DNA from: Auanema rhodensis
Lineage: Eukaryota; Animalia; Nematoda
Assembly (NCBI GenBank): GCA_964057225.1
Contig: OZ059898.1
Coordinates: 15,500,001 to 15,564,000 of the forward strand
Direction of reading: 5' to 3'
Length of the DNA stretch: 64,000 bases
Part shown: positions 42,824 to 60,641 of the stretch, piece by piece
How positions within the stretch are numbered: position 1 is the stretch's first letter
How the letters are laid out: each line of letters starts with the position of its first letter
The notes under the pieces: model-generated
Told to the model about the DNA's origin: nothing
Seen by the model: the letters and a program-made list of their open reading frames with translations, nothing else
Database searches by the model: none
Program-made: the position numbers and the translations under genes

Positions 42824-42854
<31 letters not shown>

Positions 42855-43451
42855 ATTCACCTCTTTCTACGTTTCATTTTTTGTTTCAACTCACTTTCTT
42901 CCTTTAATCCGACAAATTGAAACATTTCTCTATAAGGACCATTTTGTTTATAAAAAAAAACGTTTCTCCTACAAATCATTGTTTACGAGTTGCTACCATT
43001 CTCTCAAGATCAAGATTTATACAACAAACTTGATCTCATTTTCAACTAATTCTGACCCCTATACTTCTTTTGAACTCTTTATGATGTAGTTAATCATTGA
43101 TTTTCTATTATATTTCCGATGTTCTCAACTATTTGTTTTTATTTTTTTGCCGATTTCGATTACATTCGACCTCAATATATCTTTGAGTTAGAACATTAAG
43201 CTTACTCATCCTCATCATTTCACTCAAAACTTGCTTGCCTTCTCTTTATTTCTTTTTCTATGAATCTTTGGCATATCTGCACATCCAACAACAACAACAA
43301 CAACAACAACAACTTAGATATTTATATGTTTAGATCTATAGCATATCTATCTGAATGTATGTATGTAGTTTTATATTTTAAAAATCATATGAACAACAGG
43401 TACCTTTGACTAGAATATACTCAATAACTAGAAAAGTGACAGATAAAGAGG

Positions 43452-43486
<35 letters not shown>

Positions 43487-43490
<4 letters not shown>

Positions 43491-43503
43491 AGGGAGGGAG
43501 GGG
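43487..43503 (+). other. Canonical G-quadruplex motif GGGGAGGGAGGGAGGGG
   Basis: Four G-runs with 1-nt loops, fused to a (GA)n tract. Confidence 0.75.
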
Positions 43504-44252
43504 ACAAAGTAGAGAGGAATTTTTGTGAGTATGATGTCTCTAGAATAGGCTGTATACAACACAGGTTGATAAAGTTCAGAGGCAATCGATGACTGCTCAT
43601 TGGGACAACACCTCATATACTTCGTTCGATCCACAAAATATTTTTTGTTTCTTTTATCTTTTTCACCTTCACACTCGTTTTCATTGATAATCTTTGTTTT
43701 TGGAGCTTTTAAGAGGCTAATGACAAAGCTTTCTATCTTCCATTGATGATTTTTGGATGTCAATCGCTCATATTTGAAAAATCGAAACATCTCCTCTCTT
43801 GCTTCACAAGCAATTTGATGTTCCTGTTTCTCTTACGTATTGTGATGCCGTTTGTTCACATCTCTGACTATCTGGTTGAGTTCACACGTCGTCCTTGCCA
43901 CTACCTCCTTCCTCTCTTTCTTTTCCTCCGAAAGTCCAGGGAGCAACAAGATTTGATAATACTCTGATCTCTTATCATCTCTCAATCAGTTCATAACTGT
44001 TTCCGTTCATTCGTTATTATTCTTTTTCCATCAACACTTTCACTTTTCAGTCTCACTACTCTCTATATTTCAGATAAATTTGTCTTTTTCTCTTCTTTTC
44101 TTACTTTGTATTCCTCTCAACTTTTTATTTCTTTTTCATATTCAGTTGATTGAACTATTTTCGTTGCACTGTCTGGTGCTGTTCTTGTTTCTCCCACCCA
44201 CCACTTGATCTTTCTCCCTCTCTCAAAAACAGTTTTCTTCTCTCTAACTTGC

Positions 44253-44325
<73 letters not shown>

Positions 44326-44583
44326 AATATTTTCGTGGTCAAACCATCATCATCTGGAATTGGTTGCACGTTGATTCAGAAGCATTTATATCTTCTTTTG
44401 CAACTTTCTATCATTGTACTGGCTTTCCACCTCCATTCTTTCGTCCTACACGCCATCTATACTAGTCCTGTATGTTGTTTCAGTTTATCAAACTCATTTC
44501 TTTAAAATCTTTTTGCTTTATCTTCTTATTTGTTTGATATTCGTATATTTTTTATGTCTTCTAACTATTATCATAACTCTTCA

Positions 44584-44590
44584 TTTGCAG
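44584..44590 (+). promoter_or_regulatory. Candidate trans-splice or 5'UTR-intron acceptor of acl-12
   Basis: TTTGCAG abuts the ATG at 44591 and is preceded by a long T-rich tract. Confidence 0.55.
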
Positions 44591-47056
44591 ATGTTGGGTG
44601 GAAGTCTGATTGAGACACCAGGAGGAGAGCAGGTTGCTGCTGTAACCAAACTCAGCGCAGCAGCTGAAGAGCCACAATCAACGGATATACGCAAAATGAT
44701 GACCTTTTTAGGTAAATTAAAGTTAAAACTAAATATAATATTTTATAATTTATGGTGTAGGAGCTACATATTTCCTATTGATGACCACTTTTATCGTACC
44801 TGTTGCATGTGTAGCTACAGTCACAATGCTCTTCCCATTAACCTGGATCAGGTATGTTGTCCTTCTCTCTTTGTTTCCAAATGAATCTAATGATATCTGT
44901 TTAGCATGTCGTTATTTAGTAAATTAGAAAATCGTTTATGTCGTTTTGTAAATGATCATTGGGTAGCTGGCTCAGTCTATTCTGGTATGAATGGTAAGGC
45001 TTCATCCATCATTTTTTTTAAATTTTAGTGTTTCATTCAAAGTATCATAGAAAACACAATTTTCATTTTATAGTTGTGGAATATGGAAAAGATCTTTGTG
45101 ATATTTCCGAAAAGAAATGTCTGTACTTAGCTAATCATCTTGGATTACTTGACCATTTTGTTGTTATGCAAAGTTTACATGATAAAGGATCTGTATCATC
45201 CAGAGTATGAACATGTTTAATTTTAAAATTTTTATTTTAAAATAAATTTATTTTCAGTGGATGTGGGTTATTTATAATATTTGGAAATACACTCCTCTTG
45301 GACTTATGTGGACAACTCATGGCAATTTCTTTGTAAATGGTGGAGCATCAAAGAGGTGAGTCATTGAGTCATCTATTACACATACAACACACATATCTTG
45401 TTTTCAAGCATTGTAGCTTGACTTGTAGGCCTTTTTGAAATCATAAAATCTTATGTATTCTTGATCACTATCACTATCACAAGATGTTGATTATGAGAAA
45501 TAATATTAAAAACATATCATTTAATGTTTTTAGTTTATTTAGAAAAGATGAAGAAAGTATTTTGAGAAAGAAAGAGTTGAATAAAACCTCTCTCTCTCTC
45601 TCTCTCTCTCTCGCTCTCTCTCTCTCTCTCGCTTTCTTGTTTTTAATTACAAAATGAATAGTTTGTGCTAATCAAATGCCCTTTTGCAATTGCAGATCAT
45701 GAAATATATTTTTATAAAATTTTGATTAAAAAAAAAACAAAAAAAGTTAAAATTTAATAAATTCGTAACAATTTTATTTGTTTTAGAGAAGCTATTCTGA
45801 AATCATTCAAGGAACATCTTCAAAAGTACTTTATGAAACATAATTATGGATGGGTTGTTATGTATCCAGAAGGTAATTCATCTCTACATGGCATTTGAAT
45901 GCATTTTACACCATCATGATGATCATCCTCATCTTCTACATGCTTGTTCATTTCAGGATCAAGATTGTTCTTAATTACTGAAAGTGCTAAACGATTCGCT
46001 GAAAAGAATGGTTTGAAGCAATTAGAACACTGTGCTCATCCACGTACTGGAGCTGCTCATGCCGTGCTTGACGTAATGGCTCCATCTGACAGTAAGTCTT
46101 GTTTTCTCTTAGCTACTACATCAATCAGCCATTATTCGTTATCATTAATGATACTAATGACACACACCTTTACTGAATAAAACAAAAAATTTATTGTCCT
46201 TGAGATTGGCTGCATTTTCTGATTTGCAAAATGAGTTTTGAACGAGAAAAAAATAGAAATATAATCTTTGATCTGAACAAGTTTGTTAAGCTGTAAGCTT
46301 GTTGATTTTATAAGTTTATATATATATATATAAACAATTATATTTTATAAAATTATAAATATAATATATCATTTTTATTAATTATAGATGATATGAACGT
46401 TGCTAGATGTGGAGGTGGACCACCTGTTGAATATATTATTGATGCTACACTTGGCTATCCTCATGGAGAAGTTCCAGATATTTGTAAGTTATTCAAACAT
46501 TCATATCTTCATTTGTATTCTATTTTTCATCTTAATTTAATTATTTTAAAACTTATGTAGGTTCTGCTATGATGGGTGAATGGCCACAAGTTGATTCAAA
46601 TCGCATATCAATTCACTATGATGTTATACCTGTAAATCCTGAATGGGCTGATGAAGAAAAGCTTAAAACCTTTTTATATAAACAATATGAAAAGAAGGTA
46701 TATAAAACCCTTCTTTCTCTTAACTATATCATATCATATATAAATATTTTTACTTTAGGATCAATTACTAAATGACTTCTATCGAACTGGAAAATTCCCT
46801 GGGGATGGTCGATCAGTTGTTGTACCACAGACAACAATGCTCATTTCACAAGTAATCTTTTGTCCTTTTATTCATTAAAAATTTTGATTTTTTTTGAAAT
46901 TTTAAAATAAAAATAGAAAACATCAATCTATCTAAACCGATATCAGTTTATTAAGTTTTTAAATTTCAGTTATTCTGGATGGGATTGTATTATTTCCATT
47001 ATACATTATGGATCCGGCCGGTCTGTAGCTTCGTTTTTCGTTCAATTTTTGGTTAA
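44591..47056 (+). CDS. acl-12: LPGAT1-like lysophospholipid acyltransferase (PlsC family)
   Basis: The spliced product has the HX4D motif LANHLGLLDHF, plus WMWVIYNIWKYTPLG, VMYPEGSRL, HPRTGAAHAVLDV, YIIDATLGY and FLYKQYEKKDQLLNDFYRTGKFPG, with hydrophobic termini. Matches C. elegans ACL-12 as recalled. The ATG directly follows TTTGCAG. Confidence 0.88.
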
Positions 47057-47390
47057 ACTGGTGTATTCCTTTTAAACTTTTTCACTAACTCTTCTCTCTC
47101 TCTCTCCCCCTCCCTCTCTCTCTCCTTTCTCTTAATTTTTTACTGTCTAAGACAGCTAAAACGAAACATAATTTTTACAATCAAAACTAATTTTATTTAC
47201 AAAGATTGTTTTAAGTAGATTAGACGAGCATTCACAACTGTATTATACTAATTGCAAGATATTTATTATTATTTTTTGATTATGTTAACATATATGTTAT
47301 AATTATATTTTATATATATTTGCATATATCATTCATTTTCCCCTTCTCTCTCTCCCACTCTCACTCTTTCTCTCTTTCTCTCTCTCTCCT

Positions 47391-47421
<31 letters not shown>

Positions 47422-48562
47422 TGTTTCCCTCTCAGTATAATCTTTTGATTTTACTAATTATATCATATACTTAACTAAGAGATCAAAAAAGAGAACATTC
47501 TCTAACATACTTTATCGTATTCATTGAAATCAATCGAAATATCCTTGGAAATGGATAGGAATCAATTGATTATAAAGCCTAAAATATACTTTAAACGTGT
47601 CAAATATATATATATATATATATATTGTATTGTTATACTATAAACTATATTTTATACTAATTATATCATATAGTTAGTATTTAGTATACAGTTTTGTTCC
47701 AAATAGATCTAAATATTTGCATGTCTCATTTCATTTTCATGGTTTTGTATATTCCAAGTGCCTTTTTTGTGTTCTGCGTACAGAACTGCTTTAGCTTGTT
47801 TCTTGCTCGCACATCGCTCCAAAAATATCTTAATATGCTCCGAAGGCATTGCTCCAAAATTTTCTCTCTCTCTGTATATGTACTAACGTTATGTTTTTCC
47901 CTCTTTACTACTCTTTCCCCCCTCTCTCTCTCTCTCTCTTTTCTGTTAAAGTATTTCGAATGTATTAGCTGTATATGTTGTCTAGTCATATCATCCATAT
48001 TCTGAAGCGAATGTTATCAAACACAACTTCAGATATGTCGTATGTTTTATACATTTTGTTTTCTTTGAAAATTCTCCTTTTCTTCTTCTTTAAATATCTG
48101 AATTAACAAAAAAAATACAAAGATGATGTTTCTCTGTACTATTCTGATATCTTCTTCATATTGCTCTGTCACATTATACGATATGTTCTCTTCGTCAGCT
48201 CTATTCTGATATCGGGTTCATTTTATTTTTTCTTTTTAAAAGAAAAGAAATATAATTTTTTACATTTGTTCATTTAATTATTATTATTATTATTATATGA
48301 TCATATGTATAATTATTATTGTCAAACTTTTTTTTTTGTTATTTAAAGAAAAAAAAATTATATTCAAAAGAAATATTTTCATATACAATATATTACAGAC
48401 AGAAGAACTATATGGAAAGAAAAATCAATTAGATAATATGGAACAGAAATGAAAGTTGTGAGATCCTATGATAGGAATTTCTGAAAAAAAAATTTATAAT
48501 TATATAAAATCTTTTTTGACGATTATAAATAAGAAGAGAAATGAAATATGAAATAGATTTAC

Positions 48563-52011
<3,449 letters not shown>

Positions 52012-52036
52012 ACTGATAATGATGATGATGATGTTT

Positions 52037-52043
52037 CTGAAAA
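52037..52043 (-). promoter_or_regulatory. Candidate SL trans-splice acceptor of the zinc-finger gene
   Basis: TTTTCAG lies 25 nt upstream of the ATG at 52011. Confidence 0.5.
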
Positions 52044-53141
52044 TAAAAGTAATGAAAATATAAAATAAATGTCGGCTGGCTATCGTATGGTTATAAATCG
52101 GAAGACTTGGAGTAAAGACAGACAATTTGGACAAAAAAGTGGGGGCTGGAGAGAAATAATTAGAGAAAAAGACAAAAGAATTATTATAAATTATGTGATG
52201 AGTTGATAATATTAAGTTGGACGACAACGTATATAGTATATACATAGCTTCGAAAACTCAATTTATGGCCAGATGAAGCAAGAAAATCTGATGCTATAAA
52301 GGGGAGCAAGAAGTAAGTTGATGAACCAGTGGGAATTGAAACCGATTTGCAGTCGAGTTTTCGTCATTTTTAATTAAAAATTAGTAAAGAGTCTTGGTTT
52401 GTATCATATTCTTTGATAAGGAACAGTAAGAAAGCAATTAATATTAGTTATTTAGGAAGTTATAAGATGAAATCTAATGGGAATATCTGATATAGGTATA
52501 TCAACTTTGAAGCTCATTTTCATAAAACTTGAAGTATTGAAGATGGAACAACATGTTTAGCAGATTTATCTTTCAGTATCAGTACATCTTTCTATTGAAA
52601 CTGTGTTTGTAGTTTGAGAAGATCTATGTGATTGGATAAGTGATTGAACAAGAAAGACAGATCATTGAAGAAGAATCAAAAATGAAAATATGAGATGAAG
52701 CTAAGAATATGAAGATGAAAAGCATGAGATCGAAAGGTGCCGACTCATCTGAGAGCTGTCCTCCAAGCCTTTTATGGACTATAAAACTGCTTCTCGTTTA
52801 CGAAGTCTCAAATTAAAAGGAGAAACAGTGAAAGAACGTAGGAACGTACTAACAAGTACTCTCGAAAGAGTATGAATAAAGTGAAAAGGATAAGGGGGAA
52901 AGGAGAAAAGGATGAGACGATGAAGATATGAGAATGAAAAAGAGTATAAAACATTGAAAGAGAGAAATATAGAGAGAAATAAGTATATATATAGAGAGAG
53001 AATAACGAAAGATATGGGATATGACGTCTAATCAAAAAATTTGGATGCGCTTCCTTTTATTATGTCGAAAGCTATATCGATAGTTAAAGCATAATGCTGT
53101 AGAATGGACTATTGCTAATAGAAAAGTAGAAAAAGCAAGAT

Positions 53142-53174
<33 letters not shown>

Positions 53175-56100
53175 AAGTTTTTAAATGTATCCGATGACTT
53201 ACTCGTACTCGTGCAACATCATCAGACATATACCTAATACCACGACTAATTTCATTCATTATGATTGTTATAATTAATAAAATATTTATTGTCTACTTAT
53301 TATATAATATAGTTAACCAAATAAAATTAATTTTTTGCTTTAATATTAATTTTAGAAAAAAGGAAAAGACGAAAGGATTGATAATACTGCCTGGGAATGA
53401 GACATGAGGAACGATGAACAGACATCACCACATTCCTTCACGAACATCTTGCTAATACATAACTATATTAAAATCAAATAAGGAGAGGCTGAAGTTCGGC
53501 AAAAATGAAGAAAAAGGAAAAGCAGCCAAAGCTGGAGCCGGATGCTACTAGAGTGAGCTGTTGAAGGATCTGCCGGTGGGTGGACGGACGAAGGAGTTGC
53601 TGTTGGAGAAGCTACTACCGTAACCCTGGAAAGTGGGCGGAGCATATATGCATGCAGGCTCATCTCTGGTGGTTTTAGCATCCGGAAAGAAGGCTGGACC
53701 AAATATGTGCATAGATAGAGAATTGTAAAAAGGGAGAGAACGTCATAGAAGGAGTGTGAAACAGGGGGAACAGGGAGGATGGGAGGGTATGAGTCTCTGA
53801 AGGTTTCGGAGCTATGAATCCGGAATTTGCACAGGGAAATATCGGATGTTGGAAGATGAAGGTTTGCCCTTGCTGAACAGGTAGATATACGACGGAAAAG
53901 TATCATTGTGGCATCATGTGATGAATACCTATGAAGAATCGGCTTCCATCTACTGCCAATTCAGGAAATGGGTTGTAAGGATTGAGACATCAAAGCGGTT
54001 CGTAGTGTTTGCTTTGTTATCTAACAAATCCTAAGGATCATAGAGACAATTGGATCATCTTCCTGCTCACATCATCCTTATCTACTTGCCTTCTGAACAC
54101 TATAGCTATACAACTATGTATTAGCGTATTCGGAAGAAACATGAAGACCAGCTGTAAGAGGAGATGTTGCTTTATATTCAAAACGGGACTACGGTATGCA
54201 TATAAAGCTTTGAAGGTGATGATGCAAAGGCAAATGAAGAGACATCAGCTGATTGGTAGATCAGCCAGGTGACACCACCATATGAACTTAGCTTATTCAT
54301 TAGGCTACGGTGGAAGAAATGAAGCTGGAACTGCTAAAAAAATTATCGACAGCTGAGGGAAAAATAACGAAAGAAAAGGAAAACAGACGAAGAAATATTG
54401 AAAGAGTTTGAATTAGAGAGGAGGAAGTATGGGTGTGTATATGAATGCTTGATAAAGAATGAATGAACTAGAGATTGTGTGCTGGAAACCTCAAGGGGGT
54501 GAGGGGAGGAGACTTAAGCAAGCTGCCTCAGGTATAAAGAACAGAAAACGAAAAAGTCAATGATTTAAGTAACACATATAAGAAGAGAAAGAAATAGAAA
54601 AAGGGAACGTAGGAGGGAAGCAGAGGAACGAGATGCCTCGTTTTTCGGTTTTATGTTTGTCTTACAACTTCAGAATGCACTGAAGTTTAACTTGAAGCTT
54701 AAGGAAGTCTTTCTAGTTGTGGCACAGCGGATATGATGATTTTGAAAATATTTTTTTCTTTTCCTAAAAGGTAATGATAATACGCACGCGATGTTATGTG
54801 TTTTTGTGTCTATAGCCATGTGTAGAGAGAATGATATGTTCTTCAGAAGATAGGTGAAGAGAAAGAGAGAGAGAGAGACAGAGAGAAAGTGAACGATTCA
54901 GATGTATACGGATATTGATAACAAAAAACGGAAAAGTTTGGAGTAAATTTAACTGTGACATCTCAGATTATAGCTAAATTTTAGACACTAGGGTAGCATA
55001 GACGCTTGTTGCTGACGTCCCTCTTGCTGCATTCCGCATCAGGGGCCCGCTCTTCTGCCTTTCGTTCTCTATAGTTCAAGCTCTCAAGAAACATATTCAG
55101 ATAGATGAGAAAGCCTCCTGTGAGCTGAATCTATTGTCGGAAAGCAATATTATTCATCTCTTCATCTATAGAATAGTCACTGATTCTTCAGAATCCACAT
55201 CGTTTTCACATACACGCTCGTCACGTCTCTCTTTCTCAATCCTGTCAACGATGCTTTCGTCGTTGTGGTTGTCATCGCTTCTTTCCTTCTATTCATTTCC
55301 ATCTACTCTTCTAGCTTCTTCATCCATTTTGCTTTCTCTTCTTTTCATTATATGGCTATATCCTGCTCTCACTTCATCTATCGAATTCAGAAAAGAAGTC
55401 GACTATCGTCATCAGCCAGGCCGGAGCGCCATGACTTTCCGTTGTTGGCAGCAGCTCATGGGCACTCGATTAGAGCATAATTAATGGATATGCGTGTGTA
55501 TCTGGAGTGGTATGAATGACAGACTGCTTGGCGACAGAACGATCAGACGAAGAAACAGAAAAAGAAGAAGAAGAAGGAGATGACGAAGAAGCTGTGACAA
55601 CTAAGATGTTGATGTTGATGATGATGACGACTATGATGATGATGATGTTACCACAGTGAAAGATTGCCCTCTTCGGCACTTTCTACTTCATCTCTTCTTC
55701 TGACTCAAGATATATGCCGCTGACAAAAACGAAGATCGGGGAAGAAAGCAGAAGAAGCTAACAATAACGAATTGAATGTTTGATATCCTTCTACAGATAG
55801 TCAGATGTATCTATGACATCATCATCTCATCATCTGTGTCTTCTTTATGATGAAGCACACATGCTCATCTTGTGAATAATCTCACAGTAGGCGTTTAACT
55901 CATAGGCTCAAGCCATCTGACCTCAAATTCATAGAAGACTGGCACTTCGCTTCGCATCTCCAGCACCGTCGTGAGCATTGTCTGGTCAAGTAATAGAGAT
56001 GATTGCAATTGATTCATTCAAGATGATTAGCTTGACTGACGATGGTTTAAGAGGTACTGAGAGGGAGCTAGTAAAACTGAGAAGATATGAAGAGGATGAG

Positions 56101-59100
56101 AGTATAAAGATACTTGAATATGATACCATCCACACACAATTAGTTGAATAGCTCGAAGAAAAGAGCTGAGAACTGTAGCAGATTGGCTTGAAATTTCGCG
56201 CAGTTTGTCGATTGCTTCCTCTGATCATAACATGATCAACAACTTATGTTTTATTAAATATTCCTCCTGATTATAAGGAAAAGCTTCAACAGATTAAAAC
56301 TTAGAAGAATATTTCTCTTGGTTGATGTTTGCAGTTCATTCTGTACTTGCTATCCATCGTACAGTATGCTCCTGAACTGAATAAGCTGTTCCTAAATCAG
56401 GATTGAATTCCGAAAATGATGATATAAGGTAGAAGCTATATGATTGTTACTAATGCTTCTAATGGCACAATCTGGTGCAATGATGAGTCATGAAAACAAG
56501 GATTTTTCATTCTAATGTTCTAATTCAATCATCAATCTGTGAGAAAATTATGAGCATCTGTGTTGAAACTACTTTTCTTGCCAGTTATTACATATGTGTC
56601 TTCTTCAAAAAGACTTTATCCACTGCTTCAGGACACGCAACATCTCTCCATTCGTCTCTCTTCATCTGTCTCACTCTCTCATGCTTTGTTTGGACTCTCT
56701 ATCCTGTTCACGCTGCTGTCCGCCTTACCTTCAATTTCTCGCAACAGATGTACTCATCCAGTTGACTCGAGAGAGCCACATATGGAAGACGAATCATCTT
56801 CCCATATAGCACATCTTATAGTCTCAGGTATTCAGGCCAACAAATAATCCAGTCATATTGAATAAACTATTAGTCTAGGATCATTAAATGAAACGGACTG
56901 AAAAGATGGGACTGCCATGCTTCACCTTTTCGTTGAAACAGGGAAAGAAGAAGAAGGGGAGGGAAGGGAGGTAGAAAAATAGCAAGATGATGATGAGGGG
57001 GGATATGAATGAATTGAAAAATTGAAAATACTTACTGAGATTTCTTTTAATTTCTGTGAAAATTCTCAGTTTTGATATGAATGAATTCTGTGAGCAATAT
57101 GGGCAATTTCTTGATGATGAGCTAGATTAATGCAAAAACAACTGTAATATTCAACATCTTTAAGCTGTGTCTTCTTCTATAAACATTCTTTTTCTAATTA
57201 CTTGGGAAAACAAGATTCTGAGATGAGATAAGACTACTTGAAGTTCTAATGACAGTTAGCTGAGAAACACATGAGATTCTTACTACATGACCTGATGAAA
57301 TTGACTTGTAACCTGACGAGATCGCGCGATAAGCCAGTAGATTACATCCGGAAACAAAACAACGTCTACTACTTACCTGATTGTATAAGATAATTATCAT
57401 CTTATACAGCATTTTAAGTTTTTTTAGGGTTCAACATATCCTGAACTTAACTATACATGGGGGTTTGTAACTAAGTTTACAAGAGCTTATTATACCGAAG
57501 TTTTTGAGTTTAAGATCAATATCTAATGTCTAGTTTTTCTTTTTTTTTAAATATGATGTGTATAATCTATTTTAAATTTAATTATTTAAGTTAATTATTT
57601 GAATATAATACAATATTATTACATATAATATAGTTAATTATATGTTCTCAAAATTAAAGACACCTGTATTAATAGTTTGATATGAATATTGCGTTTCATT
57701 CCACTTATATTCAACTAATGAATCTGTCACTCACTTATGTTGTACTTATAACTATGACGTCATATACATATAACTATCATCCTTATACTTGTGTTTTTAC
57801 TATTATAGGCCAACGGATTAACCGGCAAGTATCTAATGGACTGACAAACGGTCACAACTTGCTGACAATCATAGTTTTGCTCCATCTGTTGCTTGAACTG
57901 TGTGTCAAAGTAATCGGTGCCAACCAAAAAAAACTTATTTTCCTGTACATGAATGTAACGGGGATCACATCATTTTTCTGAAACATCTAGCTCTATAGCA
58001 ATATTTAACTGTTTGGATATGAAGAAATTTCAAAAACCTCACAGATTCTTGACTGACCAGACGATTTTCCATGAAATAACTGAAGAAACGAAAAACAATT
58101 TTGATTCTTATCAGTTGCAGCCTAGCTTCTAAGGCTTCAACAGTGTGCGCCCATCTCTACACCTTGGCTGAACGTTAACTCCGATGGCGATAAAGCTGAA
58201 GAAGCTATGATGCTGACGAGACTAAGATGAGAGACGATAGCACAACCATAGCTCCCGACGGCAAGTATGAAGACACGCAATGAGTCTTTTGATGAATTCT
58301 TCATGAAACCAAGGATCTACTGCCATCTCCTCGTCACATCCAAGCCCATCATTCATTGAAAATTCTCCGAATTATCAGAACATGCCACGGCAAGCCGACG
58401 AAGCAATATATGACGACTTTTACCTTAGTTATTCACGTAAAAGAGCAAAATGAAAAATCGTACGATGGAGTAGAAGTTCAAACATCAGTAATTCGTGTTT
58501 TTGAAGAATATTTTCCTAAAAGCAACGTTTGCAACGTGTGAAGTATATAAAGATTTGGTTGAACATTTGCTTGGATCTGAACTAATTATGGTAACTCTAT
58601 TTGAAAATGAGACGAAGCTCAAGTGTTGAGCATGAACTTACTGATTGTCACCATTGTTCATGAATGAAATGACTTTTCGGAATAAGTTTCAATATATTTT
58701 CTTATATAATTAGTATTATGTATAAATAAACATATATGATGACATGAAACAAATATCGGAAGCTTTAAAGCATAAATACTTTGAATTGGAAAAACATCTG
58801 TATGATGTATGTTGAAGTACTTGACTTGATCATATGCAATGATACGGCACTTTGTCGGTTTCGTTAATCTGTTTGCTTTATTAGTAAAAACATTGATGAT
58901 AGACATAGCCATCTGATTGTCATCATGATCATCTTCTATTTACTCTTGCACAAGGCTGGCTGTAGCTGATCAGAGGTATTACACAAACAGAGAAATTGAG
59001 AGAACGAGAGAAAGAGAGAGATAGAGATAGAAGGAGTCAAGGACGGATAAGGGAACCATGAATTACTGATCGTCAATGTTTCTTTTACAGTTCCCTTTTC

Positions 59101-59296
59101 ATCGTCATCATCCATCAGCAATCTATCCGATATGAAGAAAAAGGAAAAATGAAAGAAAAACTAACAAAGTTGTGAAGTTTTCGCTTTTGTTCTAAAGATA
59201 GACCGTCATATATCAAGCTGTGATAAGATGGTACAAGTGCACCTTAATTCCAATAATAGTGTGTATTTTAGAGAGAAAGAGAGAGAAAGAGAGAAG

Positions 59297-59328
<32 letters not shown>

Positions 59329-60641
59329 AAGTATTAATTCTTCATTTCATATACTATATGTACATATAATCATATGTATTATGTTCATTATGCTTATAAA
59401 TTCAGGACATCTATCCGCCACACATGAGAACATCATGTTGTCCTGTGTTCACATAATAACTTTTTCTATTATAATGACTTGGATATCAATAGAAAAATCA
59501 AAATGTCATCTACGGATTAACGGATTAGGCAATATGCGATTGGCAAAACTTCCAACAATTTTCCAGTAAAGACAAAGGTCAAGCGTACCATTAGAGCTTA
59601 GGTGTCAGTATGTTAGAGAACATACTACCTAGCCTACAGCAGAGCTTATCAAGCTGTTCCAGTTGAAAGAGCATGATATTCCAAACTTTCATAATGAGGA
59701 CAAGACAGAAGGTATTATGTCGTTTTAACAAGAAAGCTGTAGCTGTAGTTGGGGAGAACTTAGCCTCAACTTGAACAGAGATATCACAATTACCGTAATC
59801 CTACATATGATGTGGAAGGAAAATACAAGATATAAGCAATTCAAAGTATTACGTCTAATAGTACTTGAATGATACTTACAGAGTATATTCTCAAAACAAC
59901 CTTTTTCCCTCATCTTCCCAGTTCATTGGAGGTGATAGTTATCGCTGTTAGTCTCACAAAGATTTTGAGATCTCAAGATTGAAGGTTACAGCCTACCGTT
60001 TCCAGTACCTTGTTATCTCTCTCTTTCTTTCTCTTTCTCTATCATCACTATCTTAATCTTTCTATATACTGCTCTCTTAATCTCTTTCTCTTCATATTCC
60101 CTCATATCATCTTGTACTAACTATCTAACCTTTTAATTCCTTTAGGTTGTCAGTAATCTGTGAGAGAATATTACTGTGTTTCCCTCTCTACTACTTCAGG
60201 CCACTCCTCACCTGTATCTATTCACCCAACGTTATTACTCTCCCGTCAAGGACACTAGATGCATATCGATTGATCTGTAGTAGAATTCCGACAACAACAA
60301 GGCTGCTGTCACACAGTCCAAATTCTGACACTCAGATAAATTCCTATCCAAGCCAGCCTTGTCCAGTTATTTTTATTTCTCTCTCTTCCTCTTCCCTCTT
60401 TTTTTATTTTTAATTCTTATTGCTCTCTTCGATTTTATTTTTATTTTATCACAAAAAAAAAAAACATTTTATTCAAATAATTACTATAATAATCCAATTA
60501 TAATACAATTTATGAAAATTAAAGAAATATAATAATAGTTTTTTACAAAAAAATATTTGTTATCTTTCAAAATGATAATCGATCGCAAACCCAACTCTCT
60601 CTCTTTCTCTCTCTTCAACTCCCTCGATGAGTTTTTTACAT

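Noticed and set aside
53382-53403. TAATACTGCCTGGGAATGAGAC resembles miR-200b/miR-236/miR-8 family mature sequences
   Set aside because: No complementary arm on either side (upstream is purine-rich), so no pre-miRNA hairpin can form.
53620-53628. TAACCCT resembling a telomerase RNA template
   Set aside because: It matches vertebrate TTAGGG only partially and not the usual nematode TTAGGC repeat.
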